Below are positions 48,510 to 61,645 of a stretch of DNA of 64,000 nucleotides, piece by piece (within the stretch, counting starts at the first letter, position 1; each line of letters opens with the position of its first letter). The notes beneath the pieces are model-generated. The model did not search any database and was not told the origin of the DNA. It saw only the letters and a list, made by a program, of their open reading frames with translations. The DNA comes from Acanthaster planci (taxonomy: Eukaryota). A program made the position numbers and the translations under genes. The stretch lies in the NCBI RefSeq assembly GCF_001949145.1, contig NW_019091362.1, positions 744,997-808,996 on the forward strand, in the 5' to 3' direction.

Positions 48510-49049
48510 ATGGCTTTAAATAAACCTAAGAATTTCAACCTTGCTATTTTGATGGTCATTACTGGATTGATTGGTGTAAATGCCATTTGTAAACCAGGTT
48601 GGATGGAACATGGCTCATCTTGCTACAAGTTTACTGATCAAGAGATGACTTGGCAGAATGGAAGCTCCTACTGTCAAGAGCTTGATGGGATGCTGTTGGT
48701 TATTGAGACAGAGGAAGAAAATGACTTCATCGCTGAAATACTGAGAAATCTCAACATCTCATGGGCCTGGCTTGGCTGCGGTGATAAAGTCACAGAGGGC
48801 ACATGGGTGTGTTATCCTGAAGGTGTCAAGAGAATGCAGTATGAGAACTGGGGGGAAGGACGACCAAATAATAATAATAAAAACCAGGACTGTGCTACAA
48901 TCGACATCAAGAAGTATAATGGCCAGTGGAATGATAGATTGTGCAGGATCAGTAGGTACACTGTATGTGAGACAACCAGCAGCAGAGTCCCTGCCATGTC
49001 CTGCTTCAGTCTGGGTCCTGATGGACACTTTCTTTTTAAGCTCCCCTGA
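48510..49049 (+). CDS. Secreted C-type lectin 6 (single exon, 179 aa)
   Basis: Signal-like LAILMVITGLIGVNA; CTLD with RPN/WND and an (AAT)4 Asn run in the binding loop. Confidence 0.92.
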   Translation: MALNKPKNFNLAILMVITGLIGVNAICKPGWMEHGSSCYKFTDQEMTWQNGSSYCQELDGMLLVIETEEENDFIAEILRNLNISWAWLGCGDKVTEGTWVCYPEGVKRMQYENWGEGRPNNNNKNQDCATIDIKKYNGQWNDRLCRISRYTVCETTSSRVPAMSCFSLGPDGHFLFKLP

Positions 49050-52000
49050 AGGCTCCAATGGATCGACATCCATCCATGGTATGGTGGTTTGTATTAGCTT
49101 TCCCCAATCTGGTTACAAGCTGCCATGATTTCCGGACATAAATCCAGTCTCGTCACCTTCAACAGTTGCTTGGTAATTTGTGACCTGATGATAGATTGAA
49201 AACTTCATGAATGGATGTAGCAATTTTAGTTTCCCCCTTCAAGACAAATCAAGAATCTGAGCATCGTTGAAAATATGACCAAGTTTCTTGGACATACATG
49301 TGACCAGTTGACAAAGTATTGTCAACCGTCCCAGGTTTAATGTCACTTTTTTAATGTGCCTTTATAATTAGTTGAAGTGCGCCCTCTCTTGCCACATATC
49401 ACAATGTCTAGCTCTGTAGGAATGCAGCGCTGCTTTGTATAAATTGTAAGTTGTGGTGTTGCGTTTGTAGGAGTTATATAACTATTGCATATTTAGAGTT
49501 CCCCTGTTGGGGTGGGGCAAGTTATTTGACGCATTTCTCTATATATAGTGCGTCTTGCCGTGTAGCTTTGCTTCTCTGCCTTTCGTCTTGCAAGGTGCTC
49601 TTTTCTACGTCACGTTAGTGTCTTTGCTGCACACTGCATTGCAAGAGTGTGGGATACACATCTCCGTGTGAAGTTCACACGTTGATATTGATAGTGCTCC
49701 TAACTTATGTTGTGAGCTAGCCTAGTTCGGGTGTAGTCCCGATATTGTAAAATTTGAGTTTGAAACTCGGCAGTATGGCATGGTGGCAGTGGACACATGG
49801 TGAGTTAGCACTTTCTAATTTTAATAACTGTTTGATACATTGTATACATTTAGATCTGCATTTTGCGCTTTTGTAGGCACATTATGGAACTATGTCCTGT
49901 TGAACTCGAATTTGCTTGAGGTAGTTTCTTGTAAGCATCTTTGCATATTGTTCAGAGATATCAACATTTTTGAACAGTGTACACCTCAATAAAAATGAGT
50001 GTTTGATCATATTTAGTTAACATCTTTAACTTATAATGATTTGTTTCAGTGTTATATTAAATGTTTAATTCTGATTTACAGTGACCGACCTAGTCCTCCT
50101 ATGGACCTAGCGCTATGTACATGTGTAGGTCATCCTACACCACTTTGTATTTGATGTACATGTAGCCCTTCCATAACATCTTGAGTAAGTTAATTTGGGT
50201 AGTTCGTATTCTCAACAATATTACTGGTGGCTGTGAAACCTTTAATTCCTTATTAAACTGATTAGTGCATGTTGATAAAAAACAATAAGGAATGTAAACC
50301 ATAAATTCAAAACATATGCTGTGGCAGGGCCGCATATTTTATGCCTAAAATTTAAATGAATCCAGTATATGCATATAATTGTAAATTTAATTCTAATATA
50401 TATGATGCTGGGTCACTTATACAAATGTATTTTCTTTTTAATTTACAGATAGTTCCATCATCATATTGACTGTCGTTTATTTTTGTGGGTATTTTAGGGG
50501 TTTCTTAAGGTTTTTTTGCTTAACCCTCCTATGCAAATGTCAACTGGTACAATATTTTGAGCCGTCATTTTTGCCTGTCAAGTGTCTGGTCTAAACCTTC
50601 AGTGTTTAACCACCCATTTGCATGATTTTTATGGTGCCTTCCCACTGGCAACCTTTCTGTTTGATAAATTTTGGCCAGTCAGGTGGTTAGGGTTGGGTAG
50701 TTTGCACATGGTGGCCAGCCAACAAAAATATATGCCAGGTTGGGCCAAATTGGATTTGACCGTCCTTTGACTGCATCAGCATTAAAGGGGGTTAACGTAA
50801 CTTGGATTAATCTGAATTAATAATTGAATGTACATGTAACTGTTCTAACTTTCAATTTTAATTAAATCAGCAGTCTATTTTCGTAAATTGGTGGTTTTTT
50901 GAAATTTCTTTACTCCACATCCCTGTTTCCTTAATATTTTGGGTTATCCACCACCCCTCTCTTCGGTAAAATTTAACCGCTCAGTAACATACAGTAACAG
51001 TTTAATGACTGGCTGCATAGATTAACAGTGTATATGCAGATGAATAATGCTACGTGATTAGTTAAACATCAGTGAGTACACTGTCAATTAGCATAGCTGA
51101 ATTTAGGGTTACTCTTGCGGTGCGGTGCGGAGTGGTGTTGTGGTGTTACTCTCTGTGAGTGGAGTAAAAGAATGTGAAAACGTTCATGTCAATAAAATTT
51201 TAGATTGAAGTATTGCTTCATTATTCTGAAGGTTAACATTTAGGTCTTCAGCAAGAATACCATATTTATTTTCAGTAGAATTACAGGTGATTATTTTCTC
51301 AAAATAGTTTACAAAACCTCAGATAAAACTTGAAGCGATTTGTATGTAACACTGATAATTATATTTTGGATGATGTTTACTAAAATTCAGTAAATTCAGT
51401 GAGAAAATAAAGTCATTGAGGTCATGACACATGTTGTACTGAATATCATTTTGCACCTAGAGGGCGATACCACTATCATTCTGTCTGCACTATCATTGGT
51501 AATTACTTAGCTTCAGTAAAGGGAGCTTGGTATTATCACCCTCAAGTCATGTGTTAATGGTTGAGACCAGTTACAATAAAACTTAAAGGAAACATACAAT
51601 AATTTTTTCACTGACTCACTTTATATGCATCTTTAACGCTTCTTCAATGTATGAAAACTACTTGAAATACTTGATTTACCCTTGTTGTGTTGTATTTATG
51701 GTTGAAGCATCTCCTTGTTACCAAGTGCAGAATGATTCCTTGCATTGAGTCGCATTACCATACCTGTGTGTACTTTTGCTGATGTTGTCAGAAAAAAAAA
51801 TGATGGCGATACCTGAGCCAAATGGAGACTACAGGAACCAGTGTACCACTTTGTTTCACTTTGTTACATGAAAAGCATTTGATTTCCTGTAGCTGATGCT
51901 TTCAATAAGTGTTGTCTGGAATCAATTAATATCTCTTGTAAAGTTTTGCATCTGCATTTACAGATGTTCATGTAAAGATGTTCAAGGAGTATGCTGAAGT

Positions 52001-53114
52001 CTTACAGATTTCTAGTACCCTTTTGGCAGAATATCTGCTGTGAAAAGCTAGGTCATAAAAGTGTTTTGGTTGTTCGACAATTTTTAAATTGTTACAATCT
52101 TAAAAATGTATCTGTAATATTTTCAAATAAATTCAATGTTTCTAAGAGTAAAAGCAATATTAAAATTCCCCATTTTCCTCATGTTCAACAGGAGTAGTTA
52201 CCTTGCCTTTGTCCACAGCCAAAGTAGTTTCTAATAAAATAGTTTAAACAGCTTGTAAATTTCTGGTTTTGTGAAGATGATTACTTGTAGTTGCTACATT
52301 GAAGAGGGTCCATTTTTGCGGCTTTGAGCAGTACGTTGTGTATACATATATACATGGAGACCTTTATCTACTGTCCTGTTAGAAAACAGCTAAGCAGTGT
52401 TTCTCCATTCATTGCCAGCAGACATGATGTTGAGTCACTATACATCTCGATCTACCAACAGCGGCGGAACGGTGTTGAAAGTGGGAGGGGCAATTAGCCC
52501 CAGCCATTAGAAAAGAATACAATTATGAAGTTGCAATGTACCTCCAGTGGCTGGTAGGCCTATAAAGTGGGAGGGGGGGAATAAAAGCCTTTGCAAAGGT
52601 GGGGAACCCCCCCCCCCATATTCTGCTGCCGTTGCAATCTACTAAGTATCATAAACGGGAAAGTTGTTGCTTAGAATTAATTAATTTTTCAGAGTTTTGT
52701 ACATCTGTGACAAGTATTTAACTTATACTTTGAGGTACATTTACTCACTGATTTAACTCGATTGGATTTTTTGTGTTCATTCATTGACTGAATGCAAAAC
52801 ATTGTTTTGTCATATGCTGTCTCCAAGGTGATATACGCCTGCAGTGTGTTTGTTCATTACTGAAGTGTCCACATCATCACCACTGTCATTATATGACAAA
52901 GTGACTTCTGTGCCCAATTTCACGAGGCTCCGCGTATTTCATGGAGACTACAAGCACTAAGCACATCACAGCAAAAGGTGCTCTAACCTTGGAGGAAACA
53001 TTTGCTTAACTAAGTGACATAACAATGAAAATCTCCATGTGCATCCAAGGCAATGGAAACTCCTCAATTATCTCACAAGAACAATCTAATTTCTTGATTC
53101 TTCTAAAGACAATC

Positions 53115-53345
53115 AGTATAAATATCCTGTTTCAAATCTGTCGAAATATTAACGTCAAGGAACATGCAGTATTGTACTCGATCAACTTCTTTGCCACTTA
53201 TGACTGAGGGAATGATGCTAAAAGTGGTCTTCCAAAAGTCTACAATAACTTCCTTTGTCTTATTTAGATTCAATTCTAAAGTATTCTCAGTGCACCAGTT
53301 AATGATAGATTAGATTTCAATTCGGTGTGATGTCTTATCATTGAT
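53115..53345 (-). mobile_element. Decayed LINE RT fragment (Rex1-like)
   Basis: INWCTENTLELNLNKTKEVIVDFWK...ISGKEVDRVQYCMFLDVNISTDL. Confidence 0.65.
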
Positions 53346-56300
53346 CTACCCTCAAACTATCAGAAAGTAATCAACACGGCATGAATATCTATGTTCAGAA
53401 AATTGTCATGAGACGTGAGTAATGCACTGAATGAAACCGCACCATGTGTCAATGTTCCAAGGGTTATTGCCAATGGAGTTCTGGGTACAAACAAGATCAC
53501 AGAGTACACGTACTTGACCCACTAACATTCCTTCTGTATATGGAAAATCCCGGAATAAATTACGTAAATTGGAACTCTACTCAAGTTGTAATCAGATTAA
53601 ATCTAAACCTTTTACTCATCTCTTTATGATCTTCACCTGTCAGTGTGACATCTTAGTATTTCATTCTATTTAATGCTGAATTGCATTAATTAATGAACAC
53701 ATCATGAAAAATTAAAGCATGTATGACTATTTTAAAAGATTCAGATCTACTCATTCAGAAATTTTTAGAAATTTGGATTATTCCATTAAATGTGGTTGAA
53801 AAAAGTGTGGACTTTACTAAAGTCCACACTTTAGTGATAGAAATTGAAACCAACATCAATGCAAGTAGTACATTAATGAGAAATGGCAAAAAATGTACCA
53901 GTTGAGTTTCTTTGATTTGAACAGGTGAGGACCCAAAGATCCAAACTCATTCAATTTCAGCATTTCTCATGGTGCATTGAGCAAGAACATTTCTCACTGC
54001 ACGTAACATTGTGATAACTTAAGATCACGATTGCAATTTCTGTGGCTATAAGACAGATTTTATCTTTTTCAGTTTTAAAAAGAATATACAGTTACAGAGT
54101 TTTCTGAATAGAGTGACATCACAAGAGTGATTTTAGACTACCGCTACCTCATTTGCTAATAACCAATAGATATCATTCCCATGCAGTGATTTTTATGCCA
54201 GACTTATTCTGACTTTTTCTGTTGGAATAAAGCATGGAATGATTGATCTTGCATTAATAACCAAGGGATGATTAAAGGTCACGAAAAATATGACAATTTC
54301 TTCCTTCTGACAAGCTTTATAAGATACTATTTAAATTTAATGGCTATTGTTGTCAAATGGTTTTCTTAGATGGGAGGGGATGCGCAGGACTTGGTTTGAA
54401 GTTTTTGATTTTATCCTTTCTGACTACCTACATGTATTTGCAGGACTCTCAGGGAGAAAAGTCAAACGTCACTGACTTTGTCTAGTGATGGAGAATCATT
54501 TTAAACCATTACAAAACCAGATTTTCTTTGTTACCAAGGGGAAATTCCCCTGGGTTTTCCCTAAGTATACATCGTCTGTTTACTTTTTATGTGCAGTATT
54601 ATTGACAGTGTGACATTTAGACCCTTATCTAAAGTACCCTCGCAGTTGAAAAAAATACAAAGTCCTTTTGATTGATGGCATTTAGTTCCAAGTGTTATGT
54701 AGTAAGAATGGCAGAATTGCATGTAGTCTTTTTTGATGGTTGAGTTCAACGGTGTGTGTGGTACTGAAGAGAGGTATAGCCTGCATATATAAATTGTATC
54801 TTCTCAGACAAAAACAAAAATCAACATGCATACATGTCAGTATTGCAAATTGCAATAGTATGAAAGCTCCGGTGGCAGAAGGGGGAGGGGCTGTTACCCC
54901 CTCCCTACCTTTGAAAAGGTAATTATTTTGCCCCCTGCCCCAACTTTATAGGCCTACCAGTGGTTGAAGGTGCATTGCAACTTCATAACTGTATTCTTTT
55001 TGAGTCTATTGGCTGAGGCTAATTCCCCCTACGCACACACACTTTTAAAACCATTCTGCCGTTGCTGTATGAGAGTCAGCATTTCTTTATCACTAATAAA
55101 AAGAGCTCTTGGAGGAGGAAAAATTATAGCAAAATGTTTGGTGGTTTGTTTTTGTTTGGGACATCTTTCACTGCCAAGAAGTACACATAAATGTGTCGAA
55201 TACGTAGGCCCACAGACAGCATATCATTTGAATTGTTCCGTTCAAAATATGTTGGATCATCCTAAAAATCGACACTTATTTGTGCAGATACACTGTGTCA
55301 ACAGTAATGCTGGCGTGAAATATATTACTTGATTTGATCCCCCACACCGTGACCAATAAAATATACTGAAAAAAGTTTTACTCCCGGGTTTGAGAAACTG
55401 ATTTTGTCATCTAGGGCCCACCTGGATAAACAAAAGAAAACACATGCATTTTTTCTAAGGCCTCAGATGTAATTTATTATTTGGAAAATCAATAAACTAT
55501 GACTCAGGCAAACATATTTGGGTAATTCCCAGATTTTTTTTTTTTGCATTAATATTCCATATTTTCTCTCTTGTAAAATAACCATGGTAATTCCCCAAGT
55601 GATTAAGCCGATGATTGAGGGCGCTACATCTCTGCTTTATTATGTGTGTTGTGCACGTCTTTGGTATTTTTTCACAGTTTATTTCCGCATAGACATCTGA
55701 TCAGCCACGCAAAGTGATATGTCCCGCGTACTTGCTGTACGCTTAAATACATGGACACCATTCCAGTATCTGCGGAAATAACATGCTTTTACAAGTCACG
55801 CCAGTCATCAAATTCAGATTTATAAACTGCGCCAAACTTGAATTTCAACGAATTTCTCAACTGTAATTCCGCTGCATGATTGTGCACCTGCACTGCACTG
55901 GCCTGTTCCTTCATGGGTATTCCAAGTCGCCACCGCTGGCCGTCACACGCCAGTGACCGTCGGAGGCAAATTATTCTGATGTTGACAGTTGCGGAACTAA
56001 ACTTTTCTTCGTCTGCACAGAAATACCGAATTGCTTATTGATCCAGCAGACGTAGCTAGTGGACGTCAGAAGAACTTTCAGCTCCACGCTGCATCGCATT
56101 TTTGCATTGGTGAAAAGTTGTCGAGATGCGGGTTTTTTTACGCGGAGACGTGGTTCAGCCCGGTTTGTGTTGCAGTCCCCGTGAACCTGTAGAATGGTGG
56201 AAACAGTGCGCGAACGTTGGCCTTCGGGACGGCTGTGTGCCCACGATCGGGCAAAGTGTGGTTCAAATCACCGGACTGGAACCGGCAGTCTGGTTCAAGG

Positions 56301-57299
56301 TATGATGGCTATAGCAAAATTCATATGAGCATATCCTACAGCCTGGGGATTGTGTAGTGTGTAGTTTGGGACCCCTGTATTGAACAGTTTTACACAACAG
56401 GTCAGTCCCAAAATAATGTAGTCAAAGGCAATGTTCTCTCTCGTATTACTATGCTCAACCCGGTTGGTTTTTTTATTTGGCCATTTTTTTTAACCCAATG
56501 ATTAATCTTAAAAATTGAAATCCGGTTCTCTTTCCACAGAATTAACCCTACAGCTACATGTATTATGTATGTATTCAACGTAAATTTTTCATTGGCCGCA
56601 GTAGGCCTAAACCTATCTTTACATGATGAACAAATTTTTCCCAAAAGTAGTACTGGTACACCAGCCATCAGAAAGTGATTACGTGTCCTAAGATATCAAA
56701 TTTAGCAAAGAAAACATTGAAGTGTTTACTTACATGTGGAAAATGGTAAGAATTCCAGACCAGTCTTGTAAATGTTTGGTTGTGCTAAATTGTGCACAGG
56801 GTTTCAAGTGTGATGTCTATCCATGGAGCAAGGAACACACGTCTTAGTTTACATGGAACTCTCACTGGTTAATTAAAATAGAGGTAAACAGAGTGAACCT
56901 GGGTCCTGCATGTTTCACAGTATGATTTAATGAAAGAAACTACGGTACATGTAGATCTGCCCTTGTCTGGAACCAGACAGATGTGAAGAAGAATCACCCT
57001 TTCATTACCATCATATGAGTGTGTGGAGGAACAGTTGGAGAAGCTAACCTAAAAATGTCATGGCTCCTTTTTCCTTGTATCGTTATTTGGTGCTGATTTG
57101 CACCTTTCATTTACTCTTTATTTTCCACCTAATTATATGCAGTAAAGATTTAACAGGAAGGAAACTGGTTGTGGAAGGGGTCCCATTGAAATACTAAACA
57201 TTATTACAGACAATACAATAATTATGACATACAATTAGACAAGAAGACAGTAGGACATGTAAATACTAAGTCTTTTAACCCTGTATGACACAAAAACTA

Positions 57300-60150
57300 A
57301 ATGATGTTAAATAAAATTTGAATACCCACTTAATAGTTTAGCTTTATGTTTACCTTTGAATGTTGTAGGTTCCCTAGATTCTTTATAGAGGTGTCTAGGG
57401 AATTCCACAGCCTGGGGCCCTCATGATTGACTGTATTTTGTGTGAGAGTAGTATGTGGAAAAGAATGATGAAGTTTCTTGTGTTGTCTGGTGAAATGGTG
57501 GTGCATTTCTTCATTTTTGATAAACATATAACAAAAGGATTTAGGTATTTTTTTAGTGTTGAACTGGTGCATGAGGATCCCAAGCTGAAGGAAATAGTTA
57601 TCATTTACTTTAAGAGTTTTTGTACAAATGAAACAGCGGGCTACTATGTTAAAAGGTAGGTGGCAGAGTGGATCATTCTTAAAGCTTTTTTTGCAGTTTA
57701 AGTATTCTATTGCTTAAACTAACCCCGCCATTACCCCAAGCTAATATCCCATATGATAGATATGGTACAATCAAAGTACATGTATTGTAAAGTTTAAATA
57801 ATATATCCTGTGGGAGAAGCAGCTTTAGTTTACATATAACTCCAATATTTTTTTAAACAGTCGTGCAAATATTACTGATTTGTTTTTTTCCATGAAAGAT
57901 TCTGTTCAATATACAGACCTAAGAATTTGACACAATCGGTTTTATCAATTTGTACATCATCAATAAAGATTTCAGGTATTTCATGATGTTGCTTTTTACT
58001 AAACAGCATATAGTTAGTCTTCTTAATATTAAGAGTCAACCTATTTGCTTTAAGCCAGTTTAAAACTTTGGTAAGCTTGAGATTAACATTATGATAAAGA
58101 ATATCAATATCAGGGTTACTGTAGAATAGGTTACTGTCATCAGCAAATAATATAAAGGTAAACAAGTCTAACACAAAGTCATTTATGTAGAAAATAAAAG
58201 TGGCCCAAGAATTGATCCTTGCAGAACTCCATGAGAAGCTGTACTGACAGAGGACTGAGTACCATAAATAGGTACAAATTGCTGACGATTTGAAAGGTAA
58301 CTCCTGAACCACTCCAAGGCGGTTCCTCTAATGCAATAATAAGCAGGTTTGTTTAGAAGTATAGTATGATCGATTGTATCAAAGGCCTTGGACATGTTGG
58401 AGAGGTCCAGGAATAAACCGATTGCAACAGAGGATGCATCTACGTGTAAATTATTAGTTATTTTATCAATTAGGTGAATAATAGCATGTGAAGTTGAATG
58501 GTTTTGACGGAATCCAAATTGAGCATCAGAAATTATGTCGTGTCCACCTAGAAAGTCCATCAACCTTAACAGTCCCAAATCCTCCAATTTCAATATGATT
58601 TTACATACACCCTATACTAGGGGGTTAGGGTTATACCCTTGTCAATTATTCATTCAAGAATTTTTCAAAAAGTAGTAAGAACCGAGATAGGTCTATAATT
58701 ATTTACTTGGTCAAGATTGCTACTTTTAAAAATAGGATTGACACGAGCAACTTTCATATCATTTGGTACTACACCTGTCAATATAGACATGTTCATAATA
58801 AAGGTTAACGGTTCAGAGATTGCCCGGATCACTTCCTTAACCAGTGAGTTACCATCAAAGCCAGAGCTCTTTTTGTTTGGCAACATATGTACAATATCAG
58901 TTATTTCTTCCTCAATAACAGGACTTAAGAATATAAAATTAGGTGGGGGGTCCAGTAAATAATCAGAATAATTGAGATCATTAGAAGGAATTTGATTACA
59001 GAGGTTTTTACCAATATTTGTAAACAAATTCATCAAAATGAATAGTAATCAAGTGTAGATTGCTGGTAGCAACAAATTCTACATCTGTACTTATTTGCGG
59101 TTTAGAGTTATTAATTACCTCCCCAGTATTTTTAATATTACCCTTTTCTTTGTCGAATTGTTTTGTATAATAAGTACGTTTAGAGGTACGAATGGCATTA
59201 GTTAAAATGTTTTTATAGCGTGTGTATTTAGTACGATTTGCATCTGTGGGGTTTGACATAAAGCTAAATAAAGATTAGCACCCTGCATATTAAAGTGAGG
59301 ACCAGTCATATTTGTGAAATACTTGGTTTAAGTTAGCTAGATTTTCGTGAGAATAATCACGTACGGAAGTGACGCATGGACTAGGATGATTGACAGTCAA
59401 GCTAAAGAAAGTAAATATAGGAAAATGATCGGATATATCCGTAACCAAGATCCCAGATTTAGGAGGGCGTAATATATTAGATATTATTGATTAAAGTTGC
59501 AGATGCAGTAGTGACCCTAGTTGGATTGGTAATAAGTGCCAGACATGAGGAGGAGTACTGGGTAAATTAAATCTAAGAATTCCTGAGGCTGGCTATTAGA
59601 ATTGATCAGGTTTAGATTAAAATCTCGGATAAAGCATTCAGGTCAGGTCCGCATACATATTGCGGATTTGTTGATAAATATAAGGCAACCCCTGCACCAA
59701 CTCTGCCAACACTTTTTTTAGTCAGAAGAGTATATCCAGGTATGTTTAAACTATTTATATAGGAATTTTCATTCAGCCAGGTCTCACACAATCCAATGAC
59801 AGGGAAATCATAACTAAGTGAGTATAAAAGATTTTTTAGGTGGTCTATGTTTTGGGGTAAACTATGTTTATTTAAAGAAAGAAGTGAAAAATTATCAGCA
59901 GGGACTTGATTTAAAAAGTCCACAAATTTATCATATGAAGAGTAACTGGAATGATTGACAATTTGATAAGGATTATCAGGATCACTGACAAGAGGCAGTT
60001 CAAGAGAGTTAAGATAGGGACTAATTAAATTTTCTACGTTAGTAAATTGGTAAATATGTGGGCCCAAGACTGAATTCAGAGCCGCAAATTCCTGAGAATC
60101 CAAGGAATTAAAAGGAAAAATATCCTTAAGATTGGTCAACCAATCCGTCT
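57300..60150 (-). mobile_element. Decayed L2/CR1-group LINE ORF2 (endonuclease + RT)
   Basis: IGLCETWLN, NNYRPISVL, QFGFRQNHST, FLDLS..KAFDTIDH, GVLQGSILGPLLF, LFADDSNLF, KFLGLYIEQNLSW, GPRLWNSL; many frameshifts. Confidence 0.92.
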
Positions 60151-61382
60151 CTACATTATAGTCACATACATGTACATACAATGTACATGTACATCATGTA
60201 CATTTATGATACTGCATAGTACTGTATATATGAAAAATAGGCCTGTACACGCGCTGATACCGTGTTCATGTACTACATCGACAGGCTCNTGTGACTCAAA
60301 AGCCTGGAAAATGTCAGAATAAAAACCAAAGTGGGGTGGAAATTAATATTCTTCCAGGGAAATCCTGCAGTTTGAGGAGCGGACTGAGGGATGGATTTGA
60401 ACCAACCGGTACATATATGTAGGTCACAAACGTACAGTGTACGTCGTGTACAATGGCAAGAGAGAGAGTAGTCATTCTAACCATGTGTACTTTACATGTA
60501 GGTACCAACACATGTACTTTCATGAATACCACATCCCGTCCCTCTGAAATCAGCTTTGCAATTTGTATTCATAATCAGTAATAATGTAGTAAATTTCCAA
60601 CTGAATTCTCAACATTTCTGTATAGACCACTCTCATTTTACCTACAATTTGTACGGCAGCCCAAAATGGCAGAAATATCACCATTTGGTCGATTTTCTTT
60701 AAATTACCTCAAATTCCTTTCAAATGTACCAGTACATTTGTCCCAGTCATTCCAAAGAGAGTTGTATTTTCATTTAGTAACCAGTAGTACATGTAATTTT
60801 TTTTTAGTATTTTGATACCGGTGGCTGCTTATGATTTTTAAATTTTGTGAAGCTCTTTACTTTTTGCTGAAGGCCAGCCATACCCGTTGTTTTAGCAGCC
60901 ACTAGTTGGAAACAAAGGACCACAACAGAGAAAGAGCAGACCCAAGTAACAATGTTATAGGGCAACCTTTGTTGTGTACATGTACATGTAATCAACATGG
61001 GGAGTCAGGTTGGTGTAGTGGGGAGCCAGGTTGGGATAGTTGGGTACTAATGCGTCTTTATGAAATGATGTTTTCAAAATGCTCCCATTTCAACATGAAT
61101 CACTCTCCTGGACTGAAATTTTGACTGAATGTCCCTTATATGAAACATTTCAATTTGCAACAATTCTTACACGTTAAAAATTTCTCCTTTTTGAGCAATT
61201 TCAACATATCAGTTTCGTGAAATCCTTGTGGAGACCTATTCACCTTTAGGAATTCCTTGTGGAGACCTATTCAACCCATTCTTTAGGATCTCTACAAGGC
61301 ACCATATTTCGGCACCCCACAACAAAGCCATGTCTCCACAAGGATACAAATGTCTCTACGAGGATACAAATTTCAAAACTAT

Positions 61383-61645
61383 GGAGCCAGGTTGGTGTAG
61401 TGGGGAATCAAGTTGGTGTAGTGGGGAGTCAAGTTGGTGTAGTGGGGAGTCAAGTTGGTGTAGTGTTTCTTTCCTCGTCTTCCACCTCTGTGGGCCTGGG
61501 TTTGATTCCAGCTTGGTCCACATGTGGATGGGTTTTTTTTTCAGTCTCCAGGGTTTTCCTCGTGCCCCTAAAACTGAACATTTCTTTATTGTGTTCTTCA
61601 CTCGTTATGATCCTGTAATCAGTGCTAAATGTGCTGTTGGATGAT
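61383..61645 (+). mobile_element. tRNA-derived SINE with tandemly multiplied 21-bp 5' end
   Basis: Four copies of ggagtcaagttggtgtagtgg (A-box-like TGGTGTAGTGG), then a tRNA-like ctcgtcttccacctctgtgggcctgggtttgattcc (B-box-like) and a SINE body. Confidence 0.6.

Larger units (their letters stand above)
44435..49100 (+). repeat. Segmental duplicate of ~33290-43090 (lectin 4 unit), lacking the LINE, CACTG and LTR insertions
   Basis: Colinear matches: 33318/44466, 33955/45582, 34541/46020, 35535/47583, 41826/47841, through lectins 4/6 and their 3' flanks. Confidence 0.88.

Noticed and set aside
58615..58640. Telomere-like ggggttagggtt
   Set aside because: Fewer than two full units, inside a decayed LINE; not an interstitial telomere array.
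61440..61515. Functional tRNA gene
   Set aside because: Acceptor stem and cloverleaf are degenerate, and the sequence continues into a SINE body.
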